DNA of 18,551 nt. Origin: Amoeboradix gromovi X-113 (Eukaryota > Fungi > Sanchytriomycota). Position 1 is the stretch's first letter; every line of letters starts with the position of its first letter. A program made the position numbers and the translations under genes. The DNA lies in contig JADGIF010000127.1 in assembly GCA_018985225.1 (NCBI GenBank), forward strand, positions 1 to 18,551, read 5' to 3'. Shown one piece after another: positions 18,538 through 18,551 of the stretch. The notes under the pieces were generated by a model. It had not been told where the DNA came from and did no database searches. It saw only the letters and a list, made by a program, of their open reading frames with translations.

Positions 18538-18551
18538 ACAAAATATCACTA

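Noticed and set aside
1-18551. CRISPR array, rRNA, or in-window targets for the two candidate guides
   Set aside because: No regularly spaced repeats or rRNA motifs were seen; only short chance-level matches to the guides were found by eye.

Overview
AT-rich, very compact, apparently intron-free eukaryotic genomic DNA with standard genetic code. It looks like a reduced early-diverging fungus or relative, but the taxon cannot be fixed from this window. Intact housekeeping genes are MVD1/ERG19, a secreted S8 subtilisin, mitochondrial L22, a Rud3/GMAP-210-like GRAB golgin, BUD31, a Cbf1-like bHLH factor, divergent RPS16/RPL13, cytosolic TrpRS and MPDU1. Between them lie decayed accessory sequences: a protein kinase pseudogene, a Crinkler-type P-loop gene remnant, a hAT transposase remnant and a TIR-bounded MITE-like element present twice. 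The most notable feature is a Fanzor2/IS607-TnpB-like RNA-guided nuclease remnant (4637-~5060, minus). Its structured 3' end (putative omegaRNA scaffold) recurs at bases 1-74 in the opposite orientation. The two copies are identical up to TTTTAACGAG and then diverge, which delimits the element right end and two different candidate guides. Four TCACGTG boxes sit in pairs in the bHLH/BUD31 and RPS16/RPL13 divergent promoters.
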